Shown piece after piece: positions 36,401 to 49,243 of a DNA stretch of 64,000 nt. The notes beneath the pieces were generated by a model. That model ran no database searches, was not told the DNA's origin, and saw only the letters and a list, made by a program, of their open reading frames with translations. The stretch lies in assembly GCA_003971905.1 (NCBI GenBank), contig RSEE01000025.1, forward strand, positions 186,001 through 250,000, in the 5' to 3' direction. The DNA is from Moniliella sp. 'wahieum' (Eukaryota). The number at the start of each line of letters is the position of its first letter. The stretch's first letter is position 1. Both the position numbers and the translations under genes were made by a program.

Positions 36401-38029
36401 GCCTTGTCCTTGACACAAAAGAATGAAGAGCTTTCGGACGCAGTGGCCCAACAGGCACGGCTGATCGAGGACTACTCGCGTGCTTTGGACCAGTACGAGG
36501 CCCAGATCCACCTTACCCAATCATCTGTTTATCTGCCTCCTCCTGCCCCCGCACAGGGTCCCACTCACTCCCAGCTCCAACCTGCTACACCCTCCTCAGG
36601 CGCGACGCGCATCCACCCTTCCCGATCCGGCCTGTTGCAACGCCTCAATGGTTCGGCCTTGGCACATTCTACTTCATCAGGCAGCTTACCTTCGGCCTTT
36701 GGATTTGGTCGTTCTCCCACCCCGCAACACCCCTCCGTCCTGATTCCCGATGGAGGGGACCGCGTGCCATCTCCTTCCTACCCTACCACCGGCTTACCGG
36801 GCCTGGAAGGTCTCGCACCTCCCCCACCTTCCCTCAGCAATGCCAACCCCCCACCTGGGCCTGGGAAGAAATTTTGGTGGCCCAAGCAGTCCCGCGCCTC
36901 GACAGCATCGACAGGAACCTCGCTGATCTCTGCCCCACTTGCTTCAAACGGAGGGACCGGAGTAGGGTTTTCCAGCGCCCTTCTGCCTCGACTTTGTCGT
37001 CGGTGCACCACGTCCATACCCCGTCAGTCCAGTCGGGTGCGCCGTCGATTAAATCAGGTGTGCCGTCGCTCGGCTTATCGGAATCGACCACGTTTACCAG
37101 TCGCGGATCTGGACAGGAGCATACCCTGGTCCCATTCAATGTGTTGCGTCCGACGCGGTGCATGGGATGTGGGAAGAACATGTGGGGTGTGAGTGAGGCG
37201 CGGTGCACGGGGTGTGGAGGGGTGGTACACCTACGGTGTAAGGAAATGCTGCCGCCGTATTCCTGCGAGCGTGAACACCGCAAGGTGTGCAAGGAACCGT
37301 TGGGTGGATCGATGTTCGGTTCAGAATTAGTGGAGCAATGTGCACTGGAGATGCGGCAAGTGCCATTGGTGGTGGAGAAGTGCATTGAAGCTGTGGAGAT
37401 GAACGGTGAGTCGCTTTCCTCTTCAATCGATGTGCCTGCTTACTGACTCATTTTGTGCAGGCATGGACTTTGAGGGCATTTACCGCAAATCCGGCGGAAC
37501 GAGCTCGGCAAAGGAGATCACCACGCTCTTTGAACGTGGGAACCGTTTGATCTTGACGATTCGGAACGCTTTAACGACATTGGGGCAGTGACGAGCGTGC
37601 TGAAGAACTACTTCCGCAACCTTCCTACGCCATTGATGACCTACGCCCTGCACGACAACTGGCTCGGCCTCTTCGGCCCGACACCTGGATCTGGGCCTCG
37701 AGGAGAGGCGGAGGAAGGCACCGACTTAGGACTGGGGTCGGAGGGCGGGGGGCAGAGGAGCAGAGGGCAGAAGAGTTCCGTTCGTTGCTCCGTCGGCTCC
37801 CTTTGGCCCACTTCACCACCCTTCGTTATCTCGTCTTTCACTTGTTCCACGTCCAAGCGCGGCGGATCAGAACCGCATGACAGCGCGCAACCTAGGAATG
37901 GTATTCGGACCGACGCTGATGCGCTCTCCAGACCCCGACGCCTCGAAGGAACTGACCGAGATGGGGCCGAAGGCGCGGGTCGTCGAATACTGCATCACCC
38001 ACCCAGAATTGTTTGACGAGATCGAGTAA
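33483..38029 (+). CDS. LIM-LIM / coiled-coil / C1 / RhoGAP protein, Rga1-like (frameshifted; intron 37406-37460)
   Basis: CGGCHQPI..WHRSCFACGRC..PLCTGC and YHATCFSCRACH..IYCMPCH (LIM); HTLVPFNVLRPTRCMGCGKNMWG..RCTGCGGVVHLRC (C1); MFGSELVEQ..VPLVVEKCIEAVE..GMDFEGIYRKSGG, SVLKNYFRNLPTPLMT, NRMTARNLGMVFGPTLM (RhoGAP). Confidence 0.92.
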
Positions 38030-40727
38030 AGCTTTGGGTCTTTTTTTCTGTGACACACGTTCTTTCTGCTCCCTGGTCCTTACCCCTTTTTATTGTATTG
38101 GCGCAGGGGGGAAAGTCTTGATCTGCCGTTTCCTTACTTACGCGCGGAGGCTTTCCCCGCTGTCGCTCGAACCCTGTTGACTGCCTCGCGACCCCCACCT
38201 TGAAGCTTGATGGCCCACCTCAAGGCTAACAAGACTTGCTTGACGTCTTGAACTTGACCCTTGACGACACTATTATGCACATTGGACTTTTCGTCTACCC
38301 TTTCTTACCCAGTAGCCGGCCTATGAGCTTTGAGCGCTGCGCCCTGTTTTTTTTGTCTGGGCCTATTTGTGGGTCCCACCTGGTTACCGTAACCATGCAG
38401 AAAAGACTCCTCTGGTTGTCAGCCGGTCTGGCGCGACGACGGATGCGAGTGCATGTATTTATCTCACCCTTCTCCGTTTGGCACTTGGTCGGAAGTGGGG
38501 AAGGGGCGTGCCCCATTCGTAGTCGAGGTACGATCCCAACAGTAGCATACGGCTATAGGGGCGAGAATCTGAAAAAGCTGGTAAGGGGGGTGAGAATATC
38601 AAAACTGTGGGAGCCCTCTTTTGTCCAGATCTCAAAATAAGCTCAAAAAAGACATATATAGTTCTTCGTCAACGCCGTCAGCATGTCTCTCCCTAGTGGG
38701 CCATCAAACCGAAGGAGACTCAGACAAAACCATGCGAGGGGCCAAATGGGGAACAGGCACAATTGAGAGGTCATCTTGCGCGTGTGCATCTCGAGGCTCG
38801 ATGTGGCTAGCCCCCCCTTTGAAAAAAGAAAGGTTCGTGCATAGTACGCCAAAAATGGCCATTTGGCCCATCTGTGAGGAATAATAGGAAATGAGAGGAG
38901 GAAGGCAAGTGTATAGGGGAAAGAGAGATATGCCAAATTGGGGGCTATAGCGGGGCGAACAGGCAAGAGTGTTACATCAAGTGTAGATGCATGGAACTGT
39001 TGGGTACGAAAAGCCACAAGCCTCAAGTTGGTCGACTAACGAAAACCGTTTAGTTCTTTTGTCCCTACATCTTTCTGCTCTAAGCCTCCATCCCCGCATG
39101 CGCGATCACAGTGGCTCCCATTCCGATTCACTGGCATTGGAGGAGTATATAGGAGTTTAGATCAACAGTGAGCGTACGATAGCAGGCAAAAAGCTACAGT
39201 ATGATCCCAAAACAATGACGTTTATATCCTTAACTTCACTGATGGTGTGCCTGCTGACGGCTGCGCATGGGCCCACCTTTCTTTCTTCCTCATCCATATA
39301 ATGATTTCCTTCCCTCTGCTCTCCCCCTCATCATCGTTCTGGAGAAAAGCTAACGAGCGTTGTGGATGTTGGCATCCTAGCTTTCCTAATACTAGAGAGA
39401 CCCTCTGCGATGCTGGCTGTATAACAAGCCCCTGCCCTCTGTCAAAACGCACATGCGTCTTGCTTTGTGCTCCTATATGAGTAACTGAGTGTTCTGCCCC
39501 CCTTGATATTGATGAGCGCTGATCCCCGCCGTGTCTTCTTTCCACGGACGGCATCCACCGCTTGACTCGATCCCTCGTTCTCCCCAGCGCTTGTGACTTG
39601 TGAACCATGTGAACAACTCTCAGACCAGTTGCTTTTTCCGTCAGTATACTCAGTTGCGTCCATCTGATTGGAGCCAGTGGTTGTGGTTATGGCGCAACAG
39701 TTTCCAATAAGTTTTGCAAACGCACACTTGCCGTCAGTGCCCGTACATGTGGTGAACCTTTTTGTGGCGCGACGGATGAAGAAACGACCCCAAAGGATAG
39801 GGGGCCACCACGGAAGCGGGTTGAGCGTGTTGAACACGTCGAACATTGAACGTTGATGCATTCATGATGATGAGATCCCCCCAAGCCTTCTGTGCATCTG
39901 AATATTGATATGTCAACGAAATGCGATGTGACAAAAGGAATGCCAAATACCGAGTGATATCGATTGGTGGGGGCCTTTCCGAGAGAAAGATTGTGGCAGC
40001 GTAGCAGGAGGTGCGAGACAGAAGGTTGATGAGGACCTTCAGGCGTCAGGTCCTACTCAGTACTCACCTCCGCCTCAACGTTGAGAAGAAGAGAGCAGGG
40101 AGAAAGGGTGAACTCTAATATTTAGTCCATAAGAAAACACTAGTATGTAGGCTCTGCTGCAGCGAAGAATGGGCTGGCCAAACCCCACAGGACTATACTG
40201 CCCAACAGGACAGTGCTGCCACGCCCGGAGTCGGGCGATGTCATGCCATGCAGCGAGAGGGCAGCAGGGGGGCAGTCGGTCACCCATTCGCAACAATATT
40301 AAACAAGACATTTGCATGTATATGGGGCGAGTACTACACTAGACAGGGTAACTCAGGGAGGGTGAAACGAGACTGACATCAAAGTTGGATGGCACAGATA
40401 TCCGTTTGGGCATGGACGAAGCTTGGCACCTTTTCGTTTGACTGTCTCGTCTTCGCATGGCACACATTGTCCATCATGCATCAACATGCATCATGCATCA
40501 TGTTGAACATGCACACACATCCCTCAATCTTATCTCAGATCTCAATACCATACTTGCCAGATATGCATACAACGCTTATAACCGTCGGGCCATTTTGTGG
40601 TTTTGCATATCCAACAAGATATGCTTTTTCTGAGGTTATTTTTTCCTCGCGATGATCTATTGCCCTTTTAGCTCGAGGTTTTTCTTCCCCCTCCTCACCT
40701 TCCCGACACTCTGTCATCTGCCATCAT

Positions 40728-40743
40728 TTATCAGATCAGATAA
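40728..40743. promoter_or_regulatory. double iron-responsive GATA element (ATCWGATAA on both strands)
   Basis: TTATCAGAT (40728-40736) overlaps ATCAGATAA (40735-40743), about 60 bp upstream of the FET4 ORF; matches the Fep1/SreA-type ATCWGATAA consensus. Confidence 0.6.
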
Positions 40744-40805
40744 CAGCACCACCACTCCGCTTACCACAACCTTAGCGACGGTCTATAGATCTACTATGGC
40801 CCATC

Positions 40806-42889
40806 ATGGACAATATAATAGATTTGTTTCTCTCCAACGCCATCCGTCGTCTGCATCATCACCATCGACCCAAGATGCCCCTCCCGCAACCGCTGCAGCG
40901 TATGGTGCGCCAGCTGCACTTCCAGCGCGATCTCACCATCACCGCACCTACCGTCCATCCTACCACCTTCTCCCCCACATCCCCTACTGAAGGCCCATCC
41001 TCTGACACGGACGAAAATGACGAGGAAGAGCCTCTCTTATGCATCGACCGCGTGCTCAACTGGCTCGTGCATCAATCAGGCTCCCTCCTGGTCTTCGTCT
41101 TGATTCAAGCCATCCTATTGGGCTGGGTCTTTGTTGGGATCCCCTACCACACCCAAACGTGGCAGATCGTGATGGGCAACGGACAAGCAATCTTCTCATA
41201 CGTGTGGGACTCGTTACTTATGCGTCATCAGCTTATGGTCTTCGGGAAAACACGGAGGTCGACTTCGTTACTTCGATCTAGGGCCACGAACAACATCGCC
41301 ATGCTCCGTGAGTGTTTATGCCACGAACGTGTTCGTACGCACCCCCCTGCCTCTCCGAATCCGCGTGGGGATGAGTTCGACATCCAACCGGTCCAACCTG
41401 AGGTGCCCTCGCTGTCCTACTATCCCAACACCTCTTCACCCGCACTTGGCCCCACCCAGCACCACCATCATCAACCCCAACGCCATGTACACTCCCACAC
41501 CCACATCCAAACTGACTCCCTTGACCCCCAGCTCCCCAAGGAATCCCGTATAGGAAAAACGCTCACCTACTTTGCCTTTCTCATCGGCCACATATTCTCC
41601 GTCATCTTGTTCTGGGTCTCCTTCTTCATCTGGATCGGGTTCGGTCCATCGATGCAGTGGAGCAACCTGTGGCAGCTAGACTGGAACACGGCCTTATCGG
41701 CATGGATGATCTTTACGTTTTCGTTCTTGGCCATTGCGCGCGAAGAAAATGGTCGGTACGCTGGCGTGTGTACAGAGGCAATTTTGCGCCTCGACCGACG
41801 GTTGGAGTACCGGTTGAGGGTGCTCACGCAGAATTCCCCCGCTATTCCCGCTGCCGACGGTAGTACCCCCCTCACAGGCAAGCAACTTACCAACAAGGTC
41901 CTTTCGCCTGAGGGTAGCTCGCAGCAATGCCCCTCTTCGGCTGGAGCAAGCAACATGCCGATTTGCACTCTCTTCCACGTGCGAACCTAGTCCAGAAGTG
42001 CATTCAAGTGTACGCCTCGGTTGTAGGCACGCTAGTCGGCATCGCGTTCCTCATCGTGGTACTCATCGTCTGGCTTGCCATTGGTGCCCCCATGAACTTC
42101 TCGACAGATTGGTGGTTGATTATCGGTACCTACGCCGGTTTGGTCGGATTACACGACGGTTTCGTGCTACGGAACATGCAAATGCGGTTGGATGAGTGGG
42201 AGGATCCGTGATTTGAAGATTTGGCCCGGCAGGATGACGTGATGATGGATGCTGTGCGGGAGGCGGGGCTTGCGCCTACGAACATGAAGGAGGAGGGGGG
42301 AATGGTGTCAAAAACCCAACATGACCTGGAAGAGCAAGAGAAGGAAGGGAAAGACACTGTCCCGAATAACAAGGAACTGAAGGAGGAAGATATTGCAACC
42401 CCTCTCTCAACGAACGGAATCGTACTTCCCGAACTCAGCCCTCTAACCTCCACTTTTTCCATCTCCTCGTCCTCACATACGAAAGAAAGACTCTCCTCGC
42501 GGCTCTGGCGATGGACCCGCACGGTATCGGACACGATGCTCTTCCTTTTCGCGCATGAGTGGGCCGTCATTTTGGACCTGCTATTGATCCTTGGGTTGAT
42601 CTGTGGTGCTTCGGCGATGCGCTGGAACATGACGGGTCAGCTGCTGTGCAACATTCCACCCATGACGATCGAAGCCTTCATAATGCAGATCCTGATCACT
42701 GGGCATAGTGGGCTGGATCAAAAGATGCGCAAGAGGCTTACAAGGGCATATGCCAATCGGGTACGGTTGCACCAGATTCTGGACCAAGTGTGTGCGGGAA
42801 GTCCGGTGGAACAGGAGAAGGAGAAGGACAATACGTGCTCCAAAGGTCCTGATGGCCGTGACGGCAAGGGGGAAAGAGAAGCACACTAA
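40806..42889 (+). CDS. FET4: low-affinity Fe(II)/Zn permease Fet4 (frameshift ~41930-41990; in-frame TGA at 42209)
   Basis: DRVLNWLV..SGS..VF; WQIVMGNGQAIFSYVWDSLLMRHQ; WSNLWQLDWNTA; WWLIIGTYAGLVGLHDGFVLRN; WNMTGQLLCNIPPMTIEAF..LITGH. Confidence 0.9.
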
Positions 42890-44219
42890 CTTGCACCGAC
42901 GCGTAAACGACAACTCTTCATGACCATCCAACATTGACGACGACAACATTAACGATCATGAGCCCAACAAGTCAGTACGGGACCGTCGGACCGTTGCTGG
43001 CTTGAGTCTGCTAGGCACCCAATGATTGCCTTTTTACTGATGAGATCAATGACCTTTTCTCTTTTTTTCTGTGCATGCGCCACTTTAACGTTGTACGTGC
43101 ATAACGCGTAGTAACGCCTTTTGAATGATGACGCGATGACGGTCGACCGACAACCTGTTTTTTTGTTGCTTTTACGGGCGTAACGACTTCCCTGCCTCTT
43201 TTGCTTCAGGCCTCACTTCCTTCTGGCTTTTGATGAGATTGGGGTCTGATTGCACGTTTTATTATGGGATTGAATATTGATTAACACGTGACGGACGCAG
43301 GTGCATTCTTGACTTGGTTTTGTACTTATATAGAAACTCACATGGCAACCAGGGACTTTTGTCCATGCGTGTCCTCCATGAGACATGCATGGCATCATGT
43401 ATCTTTTCTCTGACACTACCGAGCTAAAGTTCCACTGTGGCTATTTGTGATTTCTTCTGGGACTCGTTTGCGGTATATGCTGTGGTATGAAAAAGACACG
43501 TTGCCTGTTGGCATGTGTGGCATTATGCATCAGCGCCCTCAGGCCTCGGCGCCCTCAGCGAATTTGCACCAATGATATTCTTTTTTGCGCATTACGCGGA
43601 GCAGCGGGGCCCACAAAGACACAGGGGAAAGATCTCAGTAACGAGAGGGGCTATAATAGGAATCGAAGGAAACCCTGATGGACATGAGGTTCGTGATGCA
43701 CGATGAGGCATCTTATGTCGGCATTTTGGCCACGACTTCTTGACTTCATCTCTTGTATGGACCCTTGCCGATACCGTAAAGCGACACAATGTATATAGTC
43801 CACAGATCGTATTCGGGCCCGGGTGACGCGGTGACATGAATATAGCCCATGATGGTCGGAGAGGTCCACTAAGAGTGTGTGGAGGGAGGAACGAGTATAT
43901 CTTTTCTGTTCCTTTGTGGCCGTCACCTGCACAGAGGGGGGAATGATAAGATTCAGATGGCAATATAAGTTCTCATAATGTCTCGCTTGAACATCGAGAA
44001 GAGAAAACGAATCAAGCATATTCTCGCTTCTGATATGGAGGAGAGCATTGAGGATGCCGATAATGCTCAGTCATTAAAGTCATTCGTCACTGCATATTGA
44101 ACTCTCCTATCGTCGAAAAGAAGCCTGGCAGAGGCCATTGAAAAAGCTGTGATGGGGTGCATTTGGGGTTTGGGGCTCGCAAGAGAGATGCACTTTTTCG
44201 CTGCGGGACGTAGTCACCT

Positions 44220-44625
44220 ACGCTCTCAGATCTCACTACTACTGATGAGGCTCACCAGCAGGCTCAGCCGCTGAGCCTCGGCAGTGATGCTCATCCACAT
44301 CATCGATCATCCCTCTCATCCCTAGGATCAGAGTCTGGGACCTCCTCATCGATTCTGCCACAGTAGGCCTCAGTCCCTCAGGCTTTCATCGATCATCCTC
44401 CCCCCAGTGCTGGCCCTCTCCGGCTTCAGGGCCTTAGGGGGGGAAAGCTGTGAGTTTAGTGTGCAATCCTCATTTGACCCCGCAGCCGAAGACCTTTACG
44501 CGTATGATACAGGCGGCGTATTAGGCCCTCGTCTTTTGTGCCGTGTGAACAATGTGTGAGCCTTTTGGGACGGATCGCCATGACGCATGATGCATGATGC
44601 ATGATGGCATGGCACGCGTGACATC
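44220..44625. repeat. TNA-palindrome heptamer cluster
   Basis: TCA GATC TCA (~44226), TCA TCGA TCA (~44300, ~44386), TGA CGCA TGA TGCA TGA TGCA TGA (44581-44604). Confidence 0.75.
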
Positions 44626-46493
44626 TGTCGCCTGCCAGAGGCCCAATTGGCCAGCTCTGTGAGACTGTAATCGAGTAATCCCATTGTCTTCATATAACCC
44701 CGCCAAAATGGACCTGATCTAATTATCACAATTTGGCCTGTGCAAGACAAAAGAAAGAAGCATAATAGAGGGCATCGGACCCTATACACCCTTTTTTGTC
44801 TCTCCGCGGTGCTTTCTGCAAGGCCAAGGCAACGCCACAGGTCTCTCATCCATGCCACGCACCGCACATGGCACATCGTTATGTGTATCATGCCACGTCA
44901 CCTCGTCCTCACCACTTTCTCACTGTGTGGCTACTGAAGAACGTAATACGAACGTTTTGAGTATTACGATCAAAACTGATCAGCAGCGGCATACATACGC
45001 CGGATGAGGCTCAGCTCTGATGCGCAGACCGGTCTAAGCGTGGCAGCTTTTCTTTGTCCCTTTGAATGCAACAGTGGCGATCACAGCCACTATTATACAC
45101 ACAGTGATATAATGGTTTACCGTGCATAGGTAGGTCATATAATGGCCGGGGACCGCGCAGATCAGTCAATTCATATTGCACGGCCCCAAAGCAACACGCG
45201 ATGATACTGTATCATCACCAGAAACAACAGAGAACTGGAGCGGGATATGGAGATTAGTACACTCATCCGTTGCAGCCTCCAGACAAGAGCATGTATCTCA
45301 CTTGTATCGCCTTTCTACATTTTGATCATCATCGACATCATCTGCATCAGAGTTACTACATTTTACAGGCATCCCTTGTTTTTTTTTGCCACAACATTAT
45401 TGAAAAACCTGAGACCTATGCGGATATCCACAGCTTAATACTGAGTCGTGCGAACGACGGCTGCCCCAACAGCAGAACTCAGCGCACAGTGGCTCAATCT
45501 CTTACTCTCTGACGAGTTGTTCCTTCCGAGCGCCTGTAATACGGGTGGAAAGAGGGGAGTTGGGCCTTGGGGACCATGCCCGCAATAGGCAGTCCCTTAA
45601 TATCTGGCGGCAAGCTCATTGTTGGCCCGACATGCATGTGTTGAGAGGTTTGTCCACAAAAAGCGTCAACGCTCGGCTGAGCCCAGTGCTTTGAGGCTCA
45701 GCTGGCAGACCAGGGAATGGGGGTAAGAAGGGGGCAAGCGACACAGCGGTGGAGGGCCAGGTGCTTCGTGCAGTCGAGGACAAGACGTCGGAATGACAGG
45801 CATGGCCCGGGCTATTGTGTAGGGATGCCTTCTGGCGGTGCTGGCTCTGTGACGGCGGTACGAACACAGACGGAGTGCTGTCGGCCGAGGGAACTGAGGG
45901 CATCGATGATCGGTGATGGACCCGCGAACAAGCAGGCCCCGTGCCTGTTGCTTCCCAATCGATCGGTCCAGTCCCACGGGGGCACACCTGATTTGCTGGG
46001 CCGATCACCCGGCATGGGACCGCGCCAGGGCAGTGTTGGCCACCCCGGCATTAGCGGCGGCCAAGACTGGCGTACTGCCTGCCGGGCGGCGGCCAAGGGG
46101 GATGCACTGATGAGGAAATGCCAGCCGCGCTGCACACTGCCGAGCTGCGGGCGGGCGTGGAGGCACAGGGACAGTGTGCGGATGTACCATGCATGCCAGC
46201 GCCTGCCTCTTTGGTATAAGCACGTCCCGTCTCTCTCGCGGCCCTGCGCCGGCACGACACTTCCGACAAGACAAGCACCTTCACCGTCCGGGATACCCAA
46301 CAAGAATAAAACCAGGCGTCTCGGCCGCATCCAGGCGCCTTGCATCCACCCCCGCTCCCACCGCCACACTTCCTCTCCCCAGCACCCTCCCCATCGGGAA
46401 AGCGGAACACCCATCCTCGCACCGTGCCCTCCGTCCCTTGACCGCATCCGCCCTCTCCTTGCCCATCTTTCCCATCCGCCCCCCCTTACCACC

Positions 46494-47648
46494 ATGACTG
46501 CCCCCACCATGGAAGCCCTAGGATTTTCCTCCTCCCAGCTCCGGCGCCACCCTGCCAGCCTGCTCCCCAAGATGGTCCACACGCCCGCCTTGCTCGACCT
46601 CGTCAAGTGCCCCGTGTCAAAAAGCATGGTCGTCTACATCGCACACCAAGCGGCTCACCTTCTTCCCAATCCTCCTGGCGCATCTGGTGTTCCACCCGTC
46701 GACCCCGTCAGCGGCGTCCCAGGCCCTGTGGCCCTTGCCGCTGCCTACGCAGACCCTGCCGGGCGTACAGCGGTAGATGGGCTCCCCAGTCTCGAGTCCT
46801 TTCTGACGTCACTAGTGGAACGGTCAAACGTGCAGGTACCCACCCTGCTCGTACGCTCATTTACCTTGCACGGCTCAAGGCGCGCCTGCCACGGGTGACA
46901 AGGGGCATGCCTTGCACACGGCACCGCGTTCTCCTGGCCGCGCTCATTGTGGCGGCCAAGTACCTCAACGATTCTTCCCCCAAAAAAACAAGCACTGGTG
47001 CCGCTATGCTCAACTCTTCTCTCCACCTGAGGTGGCTTTGATGGAGAAGCAAATGCTGTACCTCTTGGATTACGATCTACGCATTGAAGAGGTCGAACTG
47101 GATCAGCACTTCTCTCCCTTTTTCGCGCTCACTGAGACTCCCGCCCAAATGGGACGAAGGGGGCAATACCTTCGCAGTGTAGAGGCAGGCCAAGAAGTGG
47201 AGCGCTACGCCCGTGCCATGGCAAAGAGGGCCCACCTGCGATCGCTTCCGCCCGATGAAGTGCCTTTTTGGAATGAAGACTCGACCTCGCCAGCCTCACC
47301 GGCATCGAGCACATCTTACCTCTCATCTTCTGAGACGGATTATTTGCCCATTACCTCCACCCTTCTCCATGCAGAGCGCAGTGCCCGTCCTCCTGTGAGG
47401 AAGGAGGGTACATGGCTCGCCAATCCTCCTACGGGTCGATTGCTACCTCCTGCCCTACCTCCCCAGGACTGACAGAGGACCACAGCTCGTCGTCCGGAAC
47501 CTCCCCTACCTTCCACTCTTCTCCCCTCGACGTTCCTCATCACGCTCCTCGTCCCCAAGCCCGTCGCTCCAGTCGATGGGCAACGAATCCTACGGCGCTG
47601 GCGCACTCTCTTTCCACCACCTCCGTTGCCAGTACGGTCTTCTTCTAA
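46494..47648 (+). CDS. Pho85-type cyclin, Pcl1/Pcl2 family (frameshifted; 3' end approximate)
   Basis: [103 protein letters not shown]. Confidence 0.9.
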
Positions 47649-49243
47649 CAGCTGGACCGAACTGGCCAAGCCCGCGGCAACCTATTACCCTGCTTACCGC
47701 CCACACACCTCGCGCGGTTAAACGGTTGACCTATACCCAAGGCACCAGCACTCACCAACAACTTCTTGCTCAGGCCACGAAACCAGCAACACTGCCTGGT
47801 CAAGCTATTTCCCCCATGGCACTTCCCCAACCAGCGGTTCAAGCACGTATGCGTGGACCGATGTAAAAAATGAGCACAAGCATAGGCTCTTTCGTCTTCT
47901 TTTTCCCTTCCCTATTCTACCTTACCTGGTCCCCTCTTCAGCCCCTTACCCCCCTCCTACAAGTCCGACTTTCCGTTAATTCCTTGATTTTTTCCCGTCC
48001 GATCCGCCATATTGGTACTGCTGGTACCTCACCCTTCCAATGCCCCTATGACCCCTGTCTCCTCTTTCTCTCCAAACGGGATCTCGCCTGCGTATTGTCC
48101 GTCTGGCCGGGCCCACGACACCATTATTCTCATTCCCTCCTTTGACTGGCTCTTTGAATTCCAATTTTCACTCGCTTGAGTTTCCATTAGTATACACAAA
48201 AACGTTCTGGTACAGCCCTCTTCTCGCGCTTTTCTGTCGTTCTCGTCTTGCATACACTCTTGGGGTGCATCTTCCCTCCGGACTGAGTACTGTTTTGTCG
48301 ATGCATTGTTGAGCGTGTGTCGTATTTTTGATGGCCTTTCTCGGGTTTCATAGGAAATGGAAGGCATACAGTATAGTTATTCCCTTGCGAGCAAGCCCCT
48401 TTTGCGGTGGTCCCCCAGATTATGAAAGTTGGAAGAGTGCGGGGCGCACTGGCGTTTATAACAAAGCACCACACGCCGGATGAGATTGCTGAGCGCGCAG
48501 ACCGGTTCAGGCGCAGCTCATCTTTGTCCCACAGCGGTAAGCTCTGTAAGGAATAATGACATGAATTCAACAGTATAGTGCTGGGTCCTCGCTCCATGCC
48601 ACTGCGAGGCTAATCAATATCAATCCACACACCTGTGCTCCTGTCACGTCTTTTGTGGTTAAACGTTAGGCCGTGTAATGATTGTAGGGCCTTGAGCCCC
48701 CTATACACCTACTAACACTTTCCTGTGAGTACTACTATGGCCCTCCTCTGATATTTTATCCACATGGGCGAAGACCATATATGGAGGGGACGTAGGAGTT
48801 GCAGAAAACCAAGGAGGAATAACCTGCACGCCCATTTGGATGTTGGGGAACTGCCAGACGCTCATATAGAAGCGGGTACCTTAGGGTTAGAACCGCACGT
48901 GCATATAGAAGGTGGACCCAGAGTACTGAGAGATCGGTCCCGATTCCTGCCTGCACCAGCCTCACATCCAAAATTAATCAGCTCAATCCGTTTTATTGGG
49001 GCTGCTTCTTAGTAGAAGAGTTATTGATTGGTGTGCTAGTATCCATACAACAACACCCACACCCAACCGTGGTATGCCTAACGTTGGCACCCAGAGCCCA
49101 CAATTCGAAAATCAAAACCACAAACCGAGAGACGTTGGAACAAGGAGGATAGGATTGAGCAAACGACAGAACAGGAAGAAACGAGAGTGTGCGGTAAAGT
49201 TTGATTCCACGTCAATCTAAATCTAAAAGGGAGCGAGCATGCG

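Noticed and set aside
39222..39946. Cys-rich ORF (39442-39861) as a secreted effector
   Set aside because: No signal peptide, and its 5' end is built from TCA-ACGT lattice units, suggesting non-coding origin.
40796..40990. Out-of-frame upstream ATG overlapping the FET4 start (possible uORF)
   Set aside because: Cannot be separated from an assembly indel or an uncertain start codon.
45717..46627. Long ORF extension upstream of the cyclin and antisense 271-aa ORF
   Set aside because: GC-rich shadow ORFs; cyclin similarity begins only near ATG 46494.
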